A DNA stretch of 64,000 nt from Mobula hypostoma (lineage: Eukaryota): assembly GCF_963921235.1 (NCBI RefSeq), contig NC_086097.1, forward strand, positions 190,962,001 to 191,026,000. Direction: 5' to 3'. The notes beneath the pieces are model-generated. The model saw only the letters and a program-made list of their open reading frames with translations. It made no database searches and was not told the DNA's origin. Positions 60,316 to 64,000 of the stretch are shown in pieces. The position numbers and the translations under genes were made by a program. Each line of letters begins with the position of its first letter. Position 1 is the first letter of the stretch.

Positions 60316-63300
60316 AATTTTGGACCACTTTAGGGTCCAGGTTCAAAGCCCCCTGAAAGTGGATACACAAATTGATAGGTTTGATAAGAAGCCATATGTC
60401 ATGCTTGGCTTTCTAAGCCGTGGCACTGAGTTCAAAAGTCAGGGAGTTGCAACTTTATTAAACTCTAGTTAGGCTGCGTCTGGTGTATTGCATACATTTC
60501 TGGTCACCCCATTTAGGAAGAATGTTGAGGCCTTGGGAAGTGTGCCCAAGAGGTTTACCAGGATGCTGTCTGAATTAGAGGGTACGTTCTATAATGAGAA
60601 GTTGGACAAACATGGGCTGTTTTCTCTGGATCAGTAAAAGCTGAGGGGAGATCTGATAGAAGTTTACAAGATTATGAGAGGTATAGATAGGAGTAGATAG
60701 GTATAGACAGTATCTTATACCGGGGTTGAAATGTCTAATACCAGAGGGCATGCATTGAAGTGTGGGGGAGGGGTGCAGAGCTGTGAGAGGCAAGATTTTT
60801 TTTTTGCACAGTCAGTGGAGAGTGCCTGAAGTGTGCTGCTGGGGTGGTGCCAGAGGCAAGTGCATTAGAGATTTTTAAGAAATGTTTAGATAGACCCATG
60901 AATGTGAGGAAAATGAAAGATATAGAGATTGCGTAGGCAGAAGGGATTAAATTAGTTTGCCATTTTATTACAAGTTTAATTGATTTGGCATGACATTGTT
61001 GGCCAAAGGGCTTGTTCCTGGGCTGTACTGTTCTCTGTTCTATCACATTGGCAGCAGAAGTAGACATTAAAAATTACTAACAAATTGTCAAAGGTGAATA
61101 GATATTTCAAGAGCAGGGTTAAGGGTTTTGATAATTTCCCTCCAATACAAATCATTCCCGATTTGTTTCCCATCCGTTGGTAAAACTGGTTAGTATCTAG
61201 CTTATCTGGATTTTCAATGGAAGTTACATTAATCCTGTCTGGTCTACGGGTAGGTATCTGAGGAAACATAAAAGCAATTAAAACTAAGGCTTAAATTCTA
61301 ATTTTCCATGTTTGTTTGCATATCTGTCCAAGCTGTTGTATGAAAAGAGAACTTCAAAATAGTAACAGATGCACTTAAAATTAACATTCACATTTCAAGT
61401 CTGGCTGCTCTGCTGGAACATTCCTTGTTACAGCCTGTCCTCAGCATTAACCCTGTGGTGTGGTTTTACAGTCTGCATAAGTTCTGTTGATAATAATGTC
61501 ACTTTCTCTATCATCACACGTAAAAGAATAAGCATCAAATTCACCATCTGGTCTTTCTCATCCCAATGTCTCCCAATTCGCAGATAACTTACTTTCTTTC
61601 TGATATATTTAAATTTCCATTATCAGAAAAATAGAACAGTCTTGTGAATTTTGATTTCTTTTTCTTTACTGTATATACTAATTGGCAAGGGCAACTAAGT
61701 AAACACACTGCTTTAAAACTTAGGACCATTTTGTAAAATACTAAAACAAATAGAAATGTGAACTATTATCAATGAAAGAAAGTTCAGTAATTTCAAGCCA
61801 AAAAAAGTAACCAACAAAGGCAATATTGCATGTATTTCTACTACTTGCTAACACTGCAATACAATAGAGACCCTGACTAAATTTATTTTTCTGGTTGGAT
61901 CATTTGTTTCCCCATCTAGTGAGTCTAATGCACCTTGTACTCCCAGATGGTCTCCCTTTCAGTTTTGATCAGGCTGGAGTCTGCTTAGTTAGATACATAC
62001 AAGGAAGCAGAATTGAAATGACGATTCATTACTTCTGTATGTTTCTGATACAGAGGGAAAAGAGAAAGCATCACATCCTTAGGCACTACAACATAGTATT
62101 GTGGTCGACATATTCTGGAATGTGACTTGAGAAAGATTATTACATAAAACATAGGAATGGGCTATTTCTATAATTTGTTTTTTTTAAGCTTTTTCTGTCA
62201 TTGTGCAATTTCTTCTACTTCTACACCCTTTTTCTCTCCTAACCCAATATCCCTTGTTTCCTGAATTATTTCTGTTTTGAATGGAGTCAATGACTGTAGC
62301 CAGGATGGAGAATTCCAAAGATTCACTTCCCTCTGAGTGAAGATGTTTCTCCTCATTCTGGTTTCAAGAGGCCTGCTCCCTAATTAAGACACCAACCCTT
62401 ACGTCTTGGCTAATTAGCCAGGGGGAATATCCTCCCAGGGCCTACTGAACCCTCTAAACATTTTCCAAATCTCAGTTTCATTAATTATTCCCTTTATATT
62501 TCTGTACAAATTAAGACATACAAACAGTTCTCTTTCCTTATCGTTCAGGTTCTTGTTTATTCCACAAACACATGTCCCAGAATTTCATTTGAGTAATGCT
62601 GTCTTTTTAGGTCACAAAACATGCTTTAATACTTTCCTACTTATTGTAACCAATTTAGAAAGTAATATTAATCCCTATACGATGCTTTTTATTTTATTTT
62701 ATTTCTGGCCTGAGGGCTGAATCTTGCTGGGTAAGCAAGATTCCCTCCTTTCCTCAGTTGACTCCTCTCGACGTGCCATCAAAAACAGCTGCAATAAATG
62801 CCACAGGTCCATCCAGAACTTGATGGAGATTGAAACTAATCTTCACTCTGGGGGACCCTCCAGTACTCAATATTTTTAATCATTGCGGGCTGCCGGCCAC
62901 TTTCCGCACAACTGCATCACAAGAAGCGTTCTATGTTTGCCTGTTTTATTCCAACGGGATGAGAAGGAAGAGACGGTGGAGGGAAAATTCACCCATAACA
63001 CATAGTACATGATAATTGTTCTCTTGTAAAATAGCAAAAGTCCCTCTTTGGATATCTGATACCACCAATCTAATTGGTTGCAGACTCGCTGGAGAATTCC
63101 ACTATATGAGCCCAGCAGCAAGCAAAGAAGTTTGGAATTGTGGAATTGAGGGCTGCATACACCAATTATTCATCTTCATTCCCTCAGGTGAGACTAAAAT
63201 AGCAGGAAATTTTTCACATCAACTGCAGAGGACCGCTCTGGCCTACCTCATTGAATGCATTCAAGCCTATCTGCAGAGAAAGATTCTTCTCGATGCCTCT

Positions 63301-64000
63301 GAGCTAATTATGATCAGCTGAAAAGATTCCACTAAAGGATTTGACTGGATCTTTGTGCAAAGTGAAGGCAAACAAGGTTGCATACAGAACATATTTACTT
63401 TCCAAAGTTTTCTCTGCCTCAAAAAGCTACTCAGAAATGAGGTTGTGTTGACAATCAGCAAAAAAGAATCACAAACAAAAAATGTCATTGTGCACAACTA
63501 TTATGCCCATTCCATACACTTTCACCCCTCAGGTAGGTTCATTTTGGATCCCTACAGAATGCAAGAATTGCTTACAAAAAAGATGAAGATCATTCCATAT
63601 ACTGTATTTGCATTGATTGGTGTGCAATACTTGAGAACTCAAACACAATGTAATTGCCATGAGTATTCTTGCAAAAACATTTCCCATAATTAATTAACAT
63701 AATTAATTTTCAGCATTTTATTCAACTACTTAACCATGCTTTGATCAAACTGAAGCTAAAATTATTGTAGTCATCTGATGGAGTACTGAGCAAAAGGAAA
63801 TTGTGCTGTACAAAAACCTTCAACAGCTACAGCAAAACTCTAATAATCTCACACCCTTGGGACTTTGGTAGTGCCAGACTAACAGATTTTCTGGAATATT
63901 TGATTTTACTCCTATTAATATCCAAACCAAACTTTTATTTCACTCTTACCCATTTGTAGAACTAATTTTCAGTGCACCCAGTGAGTACTAAGACAGCAAG

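Larger units (their letters stand above)
58530..61043 (+). mobile_element. CR1 RT 3' part (58530-58768 and ~60330-61043), split by a Rex LINE
   Basis: GWVGKFADDAKVG at 58535; it resumes with ctgaaagtggatacacaaattgatagg and ends ggccaaagggcttgttcctgggctgtactgttct. Confidence 0.85.

Noticed and set aside
63080..63195. Possible plus-strand exon (ttgcag...ccctcag|gtgaga)
   Set aside because: The acceptor has a weak polypyrimidine tract and the translation resembles nothing I recognise.

Overview
This is eukaryotic, AT-rich, repeat-dense vertebrate DNA, intergenic or intronic. The repeat families (HER1/CR1 LINEs, an HE1-type V-SINE, Rex/Babar LINEs, Penelope-like ends) point to a cartilaginous fish, probably a ray; this is an inference. 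I could not identify any host protein-coding gene, tRNA/rRNA gene or CRISPR array. All long ORFs belong to transposable elements. These include old and young CR1 copies, RTE and Rex/Babar LINEs, and a HERO-type (RLE) LINE 3' end. There are two Gypsy-type LTR elements, a solo LTR and a full-length hAT element with TIRs and an 8-bp TSD. The window also carries a Sleeping Beauty-like Tc1 right end, a MER2-like Tigger element and several SINEs, often nested with readable TSDs. Four observations stand out. (i) A compact 119-nt RNA fold with five perfect helices, three of them mutually crossing, lies in the HERO 3' UTR. (ii) A set of short retroposons shares one 3' module but has different heads. 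(iii) A Tigger element joins human-MER2-like arms to a transposase N-terminus. (iv) One Tc1 end is very close to Sleeping Beauty. Family assignments are from recall of consensus sequences, not database searches, and boundaries of degraded elements are approximate.
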